A stretch of DNA of 64,000 bases, taken from Hormiphora californensis (taxonomy: Eukaryota > Animalia > Ctenophora). This document shows positions 1-14,400 of the stretch, one piece after another (positions within the stretch are counted from its first letter, which is position 1; the number at the start of each line of letters is the position of its first letter). Both the position numbers and the translations under genes were made by a program. The DNA is taken from the NCBI GenBank assembly GCA_020137815.1, contig CM035358.1, forward strand, positions 1,860,001-1,924,000. The letters are read 5' to 3'. Below the pieces are notes generated by a model, which ran no database searches, had not been told where the DNA came from, and saw only the letters and a list, made by a program, of their open reading frames with translations.

Positions 1-2220
1 TGAACACTGAACAGTGCAAGGACTGGGATGGTTAAGCGATATTCAGACTTTCAATAGCTTATTCTAATCCCTAGTTTTTTGAAAAATTGTTTTTATTTCT
101 TTCTGATTATTGCTGACAGTATGAGAGTAGTTATGAAGTAGTAGTAGTTATAACTACATAATCACCTGATACCTATCCTGCTGTCAGTGCAGTATATGAC
201 AAAACAATTATTGTGTAATTGCTCGCCTCAATAGTATAATACTACAACTCTTTGTTCAGTGTCCACTTGTGGCTCCATTGGTGTGTCACCGGATCAAAAT
301 GTGTTTTAACACGGTGTCCCTTAAGGAGGTGAAACCTCGGCTAGAATAAGTTTTTTGGAGACCGGACCTAGGTTACGTATTTTTGACCGAGGAATCCGAA
401 AAACATAAAATTAAAATCGAAAACGTAGCGGTTTTTGCGTAAAACGGCAAAAACTGTCATTTTTCAGCGATTTTCGACTTTTTACGCTTTCTAGAGATTT
501 AAAAAGTATTTCCTTACAAGATATGATCTTGTGCTTCTAGACTAATAAAATACAATCGATTTGCTACAAATTGGTCCCGGGTTTGTGTGATTTGGTCAAA
601 AGCTCTCTTTACTGTGGCCCATCAAAGATGGCCACTCTGCAAATATGTATTTGGCTCCTGTGGCTGCAGATGTAAACCAAAAGAAGATTTATTATACACT
701 AAAATTTGCGTCTTCTCAAGGCGAACAACCTGGTTTTTACGGCATTCCATTTCATGCAGGCGTTGAGGAGTTACAGCTGAAAAACTGGTACAGTGGATTT
801 TGGAAATACCCCTACTTCAACAAACCCTAATCCAGATAAGATTTCGAAAAATATACATCTGCATACATGAAAATAAAGCTCAGGGAAATGCCAACGTGAT
901 GCAAAAAACGGGAAGTGTCTAACTTATTTCGTTTAGAAGCTATAGCCAAAGTAAAAGTGCTTATATTTGCCTTGAAAACACCCTCTAAAAGCCCTGAAAA
1001 ACAGCAAATCTGTCTAAAAATGCAATACGAATAAAATGTCACCTCCAGTGCACCAACTTAGCCCCCTGTGGACAGAATTTGTTTGAAATTGTCAGAAATT
1101 GTCCAAAAGTATGGTTTTTAGAGGGTGTTTTCAAGGCAAATATAAGCACTTTTACTTTGGCTATAACTTCTAAACGAAATAAGTTAGACACTTCCCGTTT
1201 TTTGCATCACGTTGGCATTTCCCTGAGCTTTATTTTCATGTATGCAGATGTATATTTTTCGAAATATTATCTGGATTAGGGTTTGTTGAAGTAGGGGTAT
1301 TTCCAAAATCCACTGTACCAGTTTTTCAGCTGTAACTCCTCAACGCCTGCATGAAATGGAATGCCGTAAAAACCAGGCTGTTCGCCTTGAGAAGACGCAA
1401 ATTTTAGTGTATAATAAATCTTCTTTTGGTTTACATCTGCAGCCACAGGAGCCAAATACATATTTGCAGAGTGGCCATCTTTGATGGGCCACAGTAAAGA
1501 GAGCTTTTGACCAAAGCACACAAACCCGGGACCAATTTGTAGCAAATCGATTGTATTTTATTAGTCTAGAAGCACAAGATCATATCTTGTAAGGAAATAC
1601 TTTTTAAATCTCTAGAAAGCGTAAAAAGTCGAAAATCGCTTAAAAATGACAGTTTTTGCCGTTTTACGCAAAAACCGCTACGTTTTCGATTTTGATTTTA
1701 TGTTTTTCGGATTCCTCGGTCAAAAATACGTAACCTAGGTCCGGTCTCCAAAAAACTTATTCTAGCCGAGGTTTCACCTCCTTAAGGGACACCGTGTTAA
1801 ATTACGTCTCTTTAGATTAGAATTTGATTGATTGCAAAATGGGTGCAAAATGTTAATTTTGAATTTACGTGATTGTTATTACATATAATATGTCCAATAG
1901 CCGAATAGCCGAATAGCGATTTGCAGTGTGAGCAATGAGTATTCAACTTTTTACGGGTAATCTCTATTATAATTCACAGGTCTGCTTCTCTTTGAATTAT
2001 TGTTCCTCCGCCCAACTGTTGTATCTTTAGCTGAGCTGTAAACAGAAACCTATTAAATAGGATGCTGTCATTTTGTGGCATTTTAATTGTTTTTTTTCTG
2101 ATCAACCTCATGCATTCAAGTTGTCATGCTGAAAAGAAATAAATGGGGAATATATTCCCCTTCATTACGTTTTCTCGCCATACTTTTGTCTAGCAAGTTC
2201 ACTAGCGCCCATCTCCCACT
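1..2220 (+). repeat. Segmental duplication copy 1 (paired with ~3427-5689)
   Basis: 1-150 matches ~3427-3578, 153-309 matches ~5156-5311, and 1801-2220 matches ~5312-5689. The copies differ mainly by transposon insertions. Confidence 0.9.
310..1796. mobile_element. piggyBac-like palindromic MITE with TTAA TSD
   Basis: TTAA at 306-309 and 1797-1800; termini CACGGTGTCCC...GGGACACCGTG. Near-perfect inverted arms of ~680 bp (310-990 and 1116-1796). The empty site gtgttttaaattacg is present in the duplicate copy at ~5303-5317. Confidence 0.9.
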
Positions 2221-2330
2221 CATGCATACATGACAACATCCTCTGATGATTCTACTCCTGCCTGCTCCCTCTCTCTCTATCACCTCACCTCTTGATGTCA
2301 CTTGCTCTCTTTCTCACCCTTTGTCTACTA

Positions 2331-2377
<47 letters not shown>

Positions 2378-2390
2378 ATAACCTATAATA

Positions 2391-3254
2391 GGTAACCATG
2401 GCAACCGTTTTCCTGCCAATGGTAAGTTACCACCCATTACAATTATAAGTGGTGTCTGCCGTCTGCCGTCTGTCTAATGTCATTATACAGTTAATAATAA
2501 TTATTATCTGTGACTTGTGAGGTCACGGACAGCAAACGCATATATCTAAAAGTGTTAACTGTTTGGCCTATACTTCGTTGTGTCTTTCACCCCGTGATGG
2601 TTTTAGGTTTTGTGGTTTATTGATCGGTTACCATGGCAACATGTGTATTTTCAGGAGTACTGCCTCCCAGGATGATGATGGGCTTGTGAGTGAGAAATTG
2701 AGAAGTTCTGTTACTATCCTCCTCATGAATCTTCCTCACTTTATCACCGCTGGTATGTTATACTGCTATTATAGGTATTTATAAGTAGTTGAATGTAGTT
2801 AATTGTTTGAATAAATCAAGACAGTCGATAAAAGCCCTCGCCGCTAACAAGAAGATTGGTATATGAATATTGAATAGTTTTGTTGAGTTACTCAACAAGA
2901 ATAAGTAGTTTGGTTCCTCGATCAATGATTGTACTGCACACACTAATCTCTGTTGCAACTAAGAATGCTATACTTTCTCCCTTGTTTTCAGGCTGCATCT
3001 TCACCTCGCTCGTCCTCCATTACCCAATGTCCTGGTTTGACATTAACTTCATTTTCTGTCCCATCCTGACCGCCACCCTGAATCCAATCCTGATTGTGAG
3101 CCGGGGAAGTGCCATCCGGTGTATGATCGCCTCCAAAATCCACCTGGCCAAGGCGAGGGTATTGGGCATTGAGGATACATCGGGTGCATCTGGTTACCAC
3201 GCAACCAGTGGGGGAAGAACGGCGTCAAGCGTCCTTGGGAACAGCAAGATATGA
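2391..3254 (+). pseudogene. 5'-truncated 7TM GPCR-like gene (3' exons only: ~2391-2421, ~2655-2752, ~2991-3254)
   Basis: SVTILLMNLPHF and MSWFDINFIFCPILTATLNPILIVSR are homologous to the complete gene at 5744-9139. No upstream exons are visible before the duplication junction at ~2220. Confidence 0.6.
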
Positions 3255-3578
3255 TCAGTGAGGAAAGTCGAGGAATTCACTTGGCGTTGATTTATTGTGT
3301 GTTTCTCTTGGTTTGCTGCTTCTTGTTTTCTGTAAGAATATTTCAGTCCTGAGAAAACTCTGAGATTTCTGAGATTAGGTGTTGAGTTGAATAATTCACG
3401 CTGCTTCACACAGTTGGTTAACAGTATGAAGACTGAACAGTGCAAGGACTGGGCTGGTTAAGCGATATTCAGACTTTCAATAGCTTTTTCTAATCCCTAG
3501 TTTTTTGAAAAATTATTTTCATTTCTTTCTGGTTATTGCTGACAGTATGAGAGTAGTTATGAAGTAGTAGTAGTTATA

Positions 3579-4202
3579 CAGGGTGTTCATTTTGGATCTT
3601 TACAAGCGTTGGGCTTCACTCAGGAAAAAGTTGACAAGATTAGGTCATGAAACTTCATATTTGGACTATTCTATACCCTCATTCAAGGTTCTTGGGGGTT
3701 TCGGAGCTCTAGCACCCCGGGAAGTGTGTTTTTGGCATCAAAACTACCAGAAGGAATTTTTTGCTGGTGCTGAGACTTTGCTAAAATGTTTTTTGGGTAT
3801 TTTCTATGTCAATCCTAAAGTTTCATGGAGATTGGATGTGTTTTCCGACTCAAAATTTCGAAAAAAGTGGCTGGAAAGGCTAGAGAACGGCTCAAAAACG
3901 GCAAAAATTGAGTCTTTCCAGCCACTTTTTACGAAATTTTGAGTCGGAAAAACACATCCAATCTCCACAAAACTTTAGGATTGACATAGAAAATACCCAA
4001 AAAACATTTTAGCAAAGTCTCAGCACCAGCAAAAAATTCCTTCTGGTAATTTGATGCCAAAAACACGCTTCCCGGGGTGCTAGAGCTCCGAAACCCCCAA
4101 GAACCTTGAATGAGGGTATAGAATAGTCCAAATATGAAGTTTCATGACCTAATCTTGTCAACTTTTTCCTGAGTGAAGCCCAACGCTTGTTAAGATCCAG
4201 GA
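3579..4202. mobile_element. Tc1/mariner-like palindromic MITE (TA TSD, right TIR damaged)
   Basis: TA followed by CAGGGTG start; inverted arms centred near 3905; TA at 4203-4204. Absent from the duplicate copy (gttataactaca at ~147-158). Confidence 0.75.
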
Positions 4203-4208
4203 TAACTA

Positions 4209-5155
4209 TAGTAGAGTCGATAAGCAAACTCACCTCCTCTGATTTCGATGAAACTTCTTCCATGCTAAAATATGGTAATGGGGGTACAAATACCGCTTAT
4301 TTTGAGTCCGGAAAACTTTTGGTTCCTTAATTATCACTAATTGAAAAACGCCAAAAATGGCCTAAAATTGCCCTTAACATGGTTTTGAAATTTTGGAGTT
4401 GGAACTCCAGACTTCGTAGAGATGTCCGCTAGGATGCCAAAATGCACCAAAAGTGGGCTCAGGCCCAAATTCGTCCGAATTTTTGCGTAAGACCGGATGG
4501 ACTGAATTTTGGTCACGTGAATTGGCTCCAAAATCAGTTTTTTGCTATTTGTGCCTTTCATGCACGTCGGAGATGAAAAAGAAGGTCATTTCGTCTCATT
4601 TTTTTTTCTTTCTGCATCTTTTAAGCCCCCTATGAATATTCCTTACTCCAACGGTTCAGAAGTTAGAGTTTTGAAAAAAAAGAGCGGGAGACTAGATGGC
4701 GTCAATTTTGTTTTGCCATTTTTGCCTTTCCTGTGCGTCGGAGATGAAAAATAAGGTCATTACGTGTCATTTTTATCTCTTTCTGCATCGTTTAAGCCCC
4801 CTATAAACTTCTCTTACTTCAATGGTTCAGAAGTTAGCCGAAGTCACGTGACCAAAATTTAGTCCATCCGGTCTTACGCAAAAATTCGGACGAATTTGGG
4901 CCTGAGCCCACTTTTGGTGCAATTTGGCATCCTAGCGGACATCTCTACGAAGTCTGGAGTTCCAACTCCAAAATTTCAAAACCATGTTAAGGGCAATTTT
5001 AGGCCATTTTTGGCGTTTTTCAATTAGTAATAATTAAGGAACCAAAAGTTTTCCGGACTCAAAATAAGCGGTATTTGTACCCCCATTACCATATTTTAGC
5101 ATGGAAGAAGTTTCATCGAAATCAGAGGAGGTGAGTTTGCTTATCGACTCTACTA
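4209..5155. mobile_element. Palindromic MITE, TIR TAGTAGAGTCGATAA, 3-bp TSD (CTA)
   Basis: CTA at 4206-4208 and 5156-5158; inverted arms of ~310 bp; empty site in copy 1. Same terminal 15 nt as the element at 31956-32748. Confidence 0.85.
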
Positions 5156-5743
5156 CTACATAATCACCTGATACCTATCCTGCTGTCAGTGCAGTATATG
5201 ACAAAACAATTATTGTGTAATTGCTCGCCTCAATAGTATAATACCACAACTCTTTGTTCAGTGTCCACTTGTGGCTCCATTGGTGTGTCACCGGATCAAA
5301 ATGTGTTTTAAATTACGTCTCTTTAGATTAGACTTTGATTGATTGCAAAATGTTAATTTTGAATTTACGTGATTGTTATTACATATTGTCCAATAGCCGA
5401 ATAGCGATCTGCAGTGTAAGCAATGAGTATTCAACTTTTTACGGGTAACCTCTATTATAATTCACAGGTCTGCTCCTCTTTGAATTATTGTTCCTCCGCC
5501 CAACTGTTGTATCTTTAGCTGAGTTGTAAACAGAAACCTATTAAATAAGATGTTGTCATTTTGAGGCATTTTAATTGTTTTTTCTGTTGTTGTCATGCTG
5601 AAAAGAAATAAATGGGGAATATATTCCCCTTCATTACGTTTTCTCGCCATACTTTTGTCTAGCAAGTTCACTAGCGCCCATCTCCCACTACCTAAACTAA
5701 CTACCAACATTTAACTAACCCTCTCTCCAGTTCCCTAGCAACC

Positions 5744-8700
5744 ATGATTCTATTTTGGAACAACACCTACTTCTACGGAATGCTTTCTGGGAACCTCGAC
5801 ACGTCAGTGTTCGAACCCCTTCCCACTTACTACTACGTTATCAATTACATCATGGTGTTAATCTTTCTGGCAAGCTTCTGTATTGGGGTTGGGGTGAACC
5901 CCTTCATTATTGTGTACAACTGGAAGAAGAAGGTCCAGGCTGTTCCTATTTTGTTTATTCTCAACGCAGGTATGACATATCATATCATATATGTTGATGT
6001 TTCAGCCTACCTGTGTTACTATTTAGGATAGGGTACCACATGTGCTAAAGGTACATAGTAGTAGTAATAATTCTATGTTGTCTGGCGGCCCCCGATACTA
6101 TGTTGCTATTACACTATATGTACTGTGTTGCTCCTACTACTAATGTTTTCCGTAGCTAAACTGTGCGCTAAGCTGTGTTGACCGTCCATCCTGCATGATA
6201 TTGTGCACAATTATTTGTGTCTCTCTACCTCTTGCTGTATAATCTGAAGAGGTAAGCTTACAATTTGCTATCAGCTTATGTCCTGAATGTTTTTTATGAT
6301 TTTTCATCATTCGTAAAATGAAATGAGTAAATAACATTGATTACGCTGTTCGTCTGACTAATTTATTCCCATCCTCAGTTGCAGATATGTTTGCATGTGC
6401 TCTGGTGACGCTATTTTACGTGATCATCATGATCCAGCCCCGTGTGGTTGTCTTTCACCGGGATTACGAGCTGTATGTGATTGGAATCATGTGCACATTC
6501 GGGTGTACCTCCCAGGTAACCACCAATCACCATGGCAACAACCATAGTCCATAAACCATGGTTACCTTGATAACCCATGTAACAACGATGGTTGCCTTGG
6601 TAACAACGATGGTTGCCTTGGTAACAACCAACTGCATTTGGCATTATCTGATCATGGTCACGATCTAGATAGAGCTACCGCTGCCTTGAAAATCATATAT
6701 CACTGAGATCACTAAAGTAGTTAAGTATATTTTCAAACAACTCACCCATTACTCTACAGGTTTGTACGACATTGCTGGGTGTATCCAGGTTCATTAAGGT
6801 GTGGCGGCCATTCTACCAGATATCAATAAAGAAGTTAACAGCATACATCACCGTCCATTTTATCTACATGCTAGGATTGGTGAGTATAATGTATATTAGT
6901 TATTTGTAGATCTAATTTACATCCTATGCACTGCATAGGACGTAAATTAGATGAATGCAGTCTATCGTTCGAGCAATGAATATCGCTTACGCTCGCCCTT
7001 CGGCCCAGTGTGAGAGCCGGCAGACTGGGAACATGTCAAAGATCTAGTTGACAAGTAGTTGGCAATTTCTCATTTGCGGCATACGGCGTCTATATATATA
7101 CCGTCTGGACGGGTTTCGGTGAAATCAGCTAAAAACGGTACCGAAAGTGCTTGAGACGGGTTATAGACGGTATCAGACGGTCTCTAGACGGGTTATAGAC
7201 GGTATCAGACGGTGTTGCGACGGTATCAGACGGTCTCTAGACGGTGTCTAGACGGTACCGTCCCGGCGTCTGGACGGCGTCTGGACGGTGTCTAGACGGT
7301 ATCCGTCCGAAATTGAGACGGCACGTCTGAAAATTGTACCAGACGTTGAGACGGACTTTTAGAACTCCGTCTGTATTTCAGACGGAGTTTTAAAAGTACG
7401 TCTCAACGCAGTCTAAAGGAAAATCGATGAAAGTACCGTCTAGACAACGTCTCAACTGAAACCGGTCAAAATACCGTCTAAACAACGTCTAGACAACGTC
7501 TAAACAGAATCTCGCGATTCAGTTTCAAATACCGTCTAGACAACTTCTCTAGCAATTTCGATACGAATACCGTCTAAACAACGTCTAGACAACGTCTTAA
7601 GCGAATCCGATACAGATACCGTCTAAACAACGTCTCATAGTATCAGCCATAAACAGTATCTCACAGTTGTATTACAACGCGATAGCTGGATGTAAGAGTG
7701 AATGTGGAGATACCAAAACAGTTTGGCTGAATGTAAGAAGAAACAGCAACCCGCCATTGTCGTCTCATGAATGTAAGGCGCGAAGTTTAATTCTTTAGAC
7801 TGCCTACCACACATCTACCACTAATTCCAACTGGCATGGGTAATCCAGAATGGTCTTCGAAAACGGTCGAGTCTAGACATCATTATTTGAGACGTTGTCT
7901 AGACGTTGTTTAGACGGTATTCTTATCGAAATTGCTGGAGAAGTTGTCTAGACGGTATTTGAAACTGAATCGCGAGATTCTGTTTAGACGTTGTCTAGAC
8001 GTTGTTTAGACGGTATGTTGACCGGTTTCAGTTGAGACGTTGTCTAGACGGTACTTTCATCGATTTTCCTTTAGACTGCGTTGAGACGTACTTTTAAAAC
8101 TCCGTCTGAAATACAGACGGAGTTCTAAAAGTCCGTCTCAACGTCTGATACAATTTTCAGACGTGCCGTCTCAATTTCGGACGGATACCGTCTAGACACC
8201 GTCCAGACACCGTCCAGACGCCGGGACGGTACCGTCTAGACACCGTCTAGAGACCGTCTGATACCGTCGCAACACCGTCTGATACCGTCTATAACCCGTC
8301 TAGAGACCGTCTGATACCGTCTATAACCCGTCTCAAGCAATTTCGGTACCGTTTTTAGCTGATTTCACCGAAACCCGTCCAGACGGTATACCGTCTAGAC
8401 GGCGTTGCGACGCCGTCTAGACGCCGTATGCCGCAAATGAGAAATTGTCCAAGTAGTTGTCAGTGCGATGCCTGACGACTATTTGCACTTGGCCTTCGCT
8501 CAGAAGAGTGAAGTGAGCCGAGCAAGGAGAGTGAAAAGTGCGATGCCCGACAGATAAAAACAACAAGCTTGCTGTTCATTGACAGACGACGATTAATTTC
8601 TTATGTTTTGGGACTGGCGAATTTCGCAACAACTCTCAATAACCCCGTACCGTTCCCTACAGATTCTGACAGTGATACTGGTACTATCGGGGAACATAAC

Positions 8701-9139
8701 AGTCAACATGATCGATCACATGGCAACATGCTGCTTTGCAGTTTCCTTTATTCACTGCGTCCTTGGGACGGCCTCCTCCGCTATCACCAGCGTGCTCCTC
8801 TACAAGATCTCAACCCGACAACTTGAGGAGAAGCTGATGAGGGAGAAAAGGAGGAGCGCAACATCCATCCTCCTGATGAATGTCCCCCATTTGTTCACCA
8901 GTGTCATGGTCTTCATGTACCTTGTGGCAGATGGGCCGATTGCCTGGTTTGATATTGGGTTTGTGTTTTGCCCCATTCTCACGGCAACAATGAATCCAAT
9001 CATTATTGTCTCGAGGAACCCCGCAATGAGGAGAAGTTTCTCCCATAATGTTTCATCCAAGGCGTTCATGAGCGGGTATGCTCAGAAGAAGAGCAAGTCG
9101 ACGTCGTACAATAATACGTCTTTTGTTACGCCTCTCTGA
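5744..9139 (+). CDS. Divergent rhodopsin-like 7TM GPCR, ~319 aa; exons 5744-5969, 6379-6515, 6760-6879, 8663-9139
   Basis: Exons join in frame via GT-AG. TM1 GVGVNP, TM2 NAVADM, TM3 end GVSRF...RPF (DRY-equivalent position), TM7 TATMNPII; seven hydrophobic segments. Confidence 0.8.
7061..8449. mobile_element. Foldback/Mutator-like element with 9-bp TSD in GPCR intron 3
   Basis: TSD CAAGTAGTT at 7052-7060 and 8450-8458; TIR GGCAATTTCTCATTTGCGGC. Long inverted arms built from (t)ctagacggt-like subrepeats. Confidence 0.85.
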
Positions 9140-9200
9140 TGTAATGAGCGGTAGAAACTTTCAAAAAGGACTGAATCGATGCGGTGTCAAAAAACTATTA

Positions 9201-9371
9201 CAGTCGGACCCCGATTTAGGGCCCCCCGATTTAGTGGCACCCCGATTTAGGGACAGGATTTTTCACCCCGATATAGGAAATTAACCTTATTTGACCCCGA
9301 TTTCGTGGACACCCCGATTTAGTGGACAAGAGCCTTTCCCCCGAGGGTGTCCCTAAATCGGGGTCCAACTG
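9201..9371. mobile_element. Small pogo/Tc1-like MITE (TA TSD)
   Basis: TA-CAGTCGGACCCCGATTTAG ... CTAAATCGGGGTCCAACTG-TA; internal ccccgatttag repeats. Confidence 0.8.
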
Positions 9372-10504
9372 TAGTTTCAAAATATTAAAAATTGTGTTTA
9401 CAGTTTACTAAAATCTAAACTGAAATTCTTAAAAATTTGGACACGTATAAATAAATCATAATTATTGTTACAGATTACTATTGAATTCTAAAACCTAAAC
9501 GGAAGTGACTTCCGGGAAGTTGGGGCGAATGTTTAATGTTTATCTCAGCGTCTAATAAATCTTGAATTGGCAATGGGATGCATAAGCATAATGTATTATT
9601 TGAACATTTATTTAATTTAATTTTTGTTCTAAATTCGGGCTATTTTACTATCTTCATGAAAATCGAGACTTCCGCGAAAGCAAGATGCTCATCACGATCG
9701 CATGGTTCGTTGGTTGAACGATCCATGAACTATGAAGGACGGTCAGATAAACAACATAGGATTGCTCTGAAGTATAACCTGAGAGATCAAGCCATCATAT
9801 CCGGCCACCGGGGCTTGCAGCCCCTGGCCCCTGCTCGCGGGAAACCCCGGCCCCCTTACCCCTGACCTTGGCCTAGCCCCGGATGTACAGGGACAGTGAG
9901 ACACGCAGCACGCTGGGGTCAGCTCCATCCATGTGTTGGCATTATATGCTACAGGCGGACAGGCCCCTCTGACGAGGCCTATTCAAGTCAAAATGAAAGC
10001 AGACGCAAAACTTTTGTCTGGAAATTTTATAATTTCATTTTCATGTTTTTCTGTCCGGAAAACTAAATCATGAGCATATTGTGCGGCGCGGTTCCTCATT
10101 GCGCGTGATTACTGCTGACATTGCGTGCTTTCCACACAATGAAGTTACCGCGCGTTACAATTTTGTCCAACCCCAATTCAGATTTAGGATCTGAATCCTC
10201 GTATCCTCGGAAATCGCAGTTCACTGCCCGAATCCAATGAAATCAATAAACTTTAGAACACACTTTTTTCTCAAAAAGAAAGCAATAAAACATTTACATA
10301 AGTTCAATAAATTTATCGGCATATGAAAGATATTGGTGACGGAGCATGCATGGGGAAAAAGAAAACACGCTTGTCAAAATTAATAGCGCTTAGTTTTTTT
10401 GTTGGAATAGAAATGTCTTAGAAACCATTTTTATCTTTCCTAAATAATATCACACACAGATGACAGAGAGATGAAACACAATATATTAAGTCCGAAACAC
10501 ATCT

Positions 10505-11176
10505 CTACTTTCGACCCTTCTTTCCATTAGCCTGTTCAGCGCTGAGTCTTTGGACCTCGGCAATGGTTCTCTTTACTTCAGCCAACTCCTCATTCTAAAA
10601 GAGAGTTGTATTTGAGGTTAACTTGATTTACCACACTTTGTTTGTCAAAGATGGATAGCCACACACAGAATAATTAAGTGACTTACCACTTTCTTCTTCT
10701 CTTCCTCAAGCTTGTCTCTCTCTTCGTTGGCTGCTTTCCTGAGACCATCATATTTCACCTGCATCTAAAAACGTAATATTATGGTGGTTATAATGGGATC
10801 ATAAAAAGTGCAAAAACACAACAAAAAATATGTACATATAACCAAAATAAAACGAAAAATAACAATTTTGAAAATTATCTCCTCTTTCCCTACCTCATTT
10901 AACTTCTTCTTTACTTCGGCATCTTTTCTGCTAACTTTTTGCAAATAACTACTCCTCATCTCGTTCTCAATTGTCTTCAGATCCTTCAGATGCTCCGCCC
11001 TTTTTTGTTCGTACGTCTCTTGCAGGCTGGAAGGAAATGGTGAGTCTGTGTGTAAGGAGATTGTATATGATGAGAATGACACTAATGTGCCATATGCATA
11101 TGACTCATGAGCTGATTCAGGAAGTTGGTGGAAAACAAAGGGAGACAAGAGTCGGCTTTAATTTTGGAGGTACATG

Positions 11177-11244
<68 letters not shown>

Positions 11245-11270
11245 GAGAGTGAGAGAGAGAGAGTGAGAGA

Positions 11271-11352
<82 letters not shown>

Positions 11353-11363
11353 GAGAGTGAGAG

Positions 11364-11405
<42 letters not shown>

Positions 11406-14400
11406 GCGTGTGAGTGTGTAAGGTTGTGTGTAGGGTTTCGAATGCATATTAGGGTGTGCTAAGTGAAAATTTTGTCGACTTGGCCAATAGTTTAAGGGTA
11501 GATATGAAACTATGGACAATTGTCTACTACATCCTGAAAACGGAATTGGGGTAGTGTATGTCAATTACGTGGGCCAGGCGATTAAAAAAGTTTACTTTTT
11601 TACCGAAAAAAGGAAAATATATGTGTTTTACACCAGTGTTTGGCATGTTCTTGATATCAACTTTTTATGGTCAGGGTCGTGTTCAGCGGTTTGATACCGA
11701 TCAGAATGGATGTGTATCTTGAAGGTTAGCCAAAGTTCATTTTTGACCTGAAAATGTTCATTTTGGACCAAAAATGTTCATTTTTGACTAAAAATGTTCA
11801 TTTTGGTCATTTTCTTCAAATTTGAGAGCTTTTTCATGAACGGGATCGTGTTCAGCAGGTCAAAATTAGTCGGTTACAACCGGAATTTGCTTTCCGACAA
11901 ATAAAATCTCAAAAAGTTAAAATTCGTCTCCACTAATACAGCAAAGTAGGAAAATGTGCAAGAAAAAAAGACGGAAAAAAATAAATTTTTTATTATAAAA
12001 TGGAGTTCTGAAGGTGCAGGCTGGAAATAATGGTTGTACTGGTTCTCATGAGGCGATTCATGTGTGTGGTTTTTTCGAAATAACGCCCCAAAAAACATTT
12101 TTTGATATGAATATGCCCATATATGGGCATACATCGGCCCACGTAATTGGGCCAGGGTAGGACTAAAATTTTTTTACCAAATGTTTTAGAATGATCGTAG
12201 GAACTCATTCTAGGGGTAACTTATGTGAAAATTGGATTTGATTTATGAGTTGGGAAAAATAGCACACCCTAATGCATATCAACACCCTTCATAACCCGAC
12301 CATCCCATATCGAGTTACCAACACTACCGTTCAGTAGGCAGTGCCGCCTTTTCCAACTTATCGAACGATATCGAAATGAAAGGGAATAAGATTGAATGAT
12401 GATCTGAGTACTGCATCATGGTTACCAAGGTTACCAAGGTTACCATGGTCACTAGACAATGGTTACCAAGGTTACCATGGTCACTAGACAATGGTTACCA
12501 TGGTCACTAGACAATGCTACTAAATGTTTCTTACCTAACTGGACCGTGGGCACCATCATCAGCGATGCCCATCTGCTTCAGCTTACCACGTCGGTACATC
12601 TCGTAGTGTCTCTTGTGGGTAACCTGGTGAGGTTGGAGGTGAGGTTGGAGGTTGAGGTAACCTGGTGAGGTTGGAGGGAGTGGTATCTTTAGCGCAACGA
12701 CCTCTTTATTTTGAGAAAATATGATGACCTAGCCTCGTAATAAATCTCCTTAGGCTAGTCTAATTATAGGTACTACATGATACACACACCTAAAATCATA
12801 CTACTTAGCCAGCCATCTTTACCTCGCGAAGATCTTCCATGTTTGTTCGGATCAACATTTCCCGTAGTTTAACAAAGTCACAATGTGCCTCATTCTCTAT
12901 CTCAACAACTCCCCAGGGGTATTCCCGGCCTCGGACAACTCCCTCTCCCACCTTTACGTCCTCACGGGATCCAACAACTGCCGGGGAAGGAAGGGTAATT
13001 TAGGGGGTCGTTGAGAACTTTTCAAAAAAGTTTTTGAGCCTATCTGGTAGCGGGGGAGAATGTTGGTAATGTGGCAATTGTGGCGACACAAGCGAGGAAC
13101 TACATGATAACTTTGCGGGGAAGGGGTTGATAAGTACATCCAGAGTATGAAGGGAACTAAAATTATAACGGTATTGCAGATTTCCTAGTGTTTGTCTGGT
13201 TTGACTGATGAAATATACCACATACCAGCAAATGGCATCATATCATTCATTTCCTTGTTGACCTCTGCCACCGTATCATCATCAGTTGGAAAGGTGTAAA
13301 TCTCAACACCGTTACGTTGCATCTCCTCCATTATCTGATAGGGAGGGAGAGGGGTTAGGTCACCGGACAGAGGGGGGTCTGTGGTAGGGAGGGAGAGAGG
13401 GGTTAGGTCACTGGACAGAGGGGGGTCTGTGGTAGGGCACTTTAGATGTTGTGGATATTGTTAGGTCACTTTGCTACGGTATGAAGTATTGCCAAAGAAA
13501 TGGGGGGGGGGTACATCACTTTCTCAAAGAAGTACAGTTACAACTAATGTACACATTACACTAATGAATTGTACATAATTATATATTTAGTCTGCTGGTG
13601 ATCCTCTGCACTATAATACACACAGATCCATTACATGTGGACCACAAAGAGAACGCACTAGATCTATCCAGTCTTAAATAGTTACAAACTAACAGAAACA
13701 AACCATACAAAGAGGATACAGTATCTATGCAGTACAAACAGACAAATCTCTTACAATCCCTTACGTTAGCTTTAAAGTTGTCCAACTCGGACTTGCTGAT
13801 GGTGTCGCTCTTTGCGATAATTGGAATGATATTGCACTTCTTGTCAAGAGCTTTCATCGTCACAAGATCAAGAGATCGGATTCTGAGATAGGGAAGCATG
13901 GTTAGTTGGGAGGATTCTGGGGGGAGAAAAGTCGGTACTTTGTTGAAATTAAGGGTTTCCGCAGTTTTATTGTATCTCTCTCTCTACCCTCCCCTCTTTT
14001 CATCTCCCTCCCTCCCACCCCTCTTTTTGTCATACACCTCCTTTCAACACTACGATTGTGGATTCCTCACTCGTAGTGTTGAAACACTGTGGAAACTACT
14101 AGATGTACAGCTAGGCAAGTGTGTAATTAGTGAGCGAGATTTATTGTGTCCGTGTGTGTACAAAGCAGTGAGGGCATCTCCCGCACTCACACTAATACAC
14201 ACAAGTATTATATGACGTGTAACGAACCATGATCTCTCTACCTGATATCTCCTCTCTCTCTATCCTGACTTGTGGATCACTTCTACTGATACAGAACCCC
14301 ATACCTTATTTGGTGTAAGATTAATACCCCATAGTCCATACCATATATGGTCATATACTATGTATCTCACTTACGAGTGTCCAGTAGGAACGAGGAAGTA

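Noticed and set aside
645-1545. Mirror-image ORF pairs on both strands
   Set aside because: By-product of the palindromic MITE; no transposase motifs.
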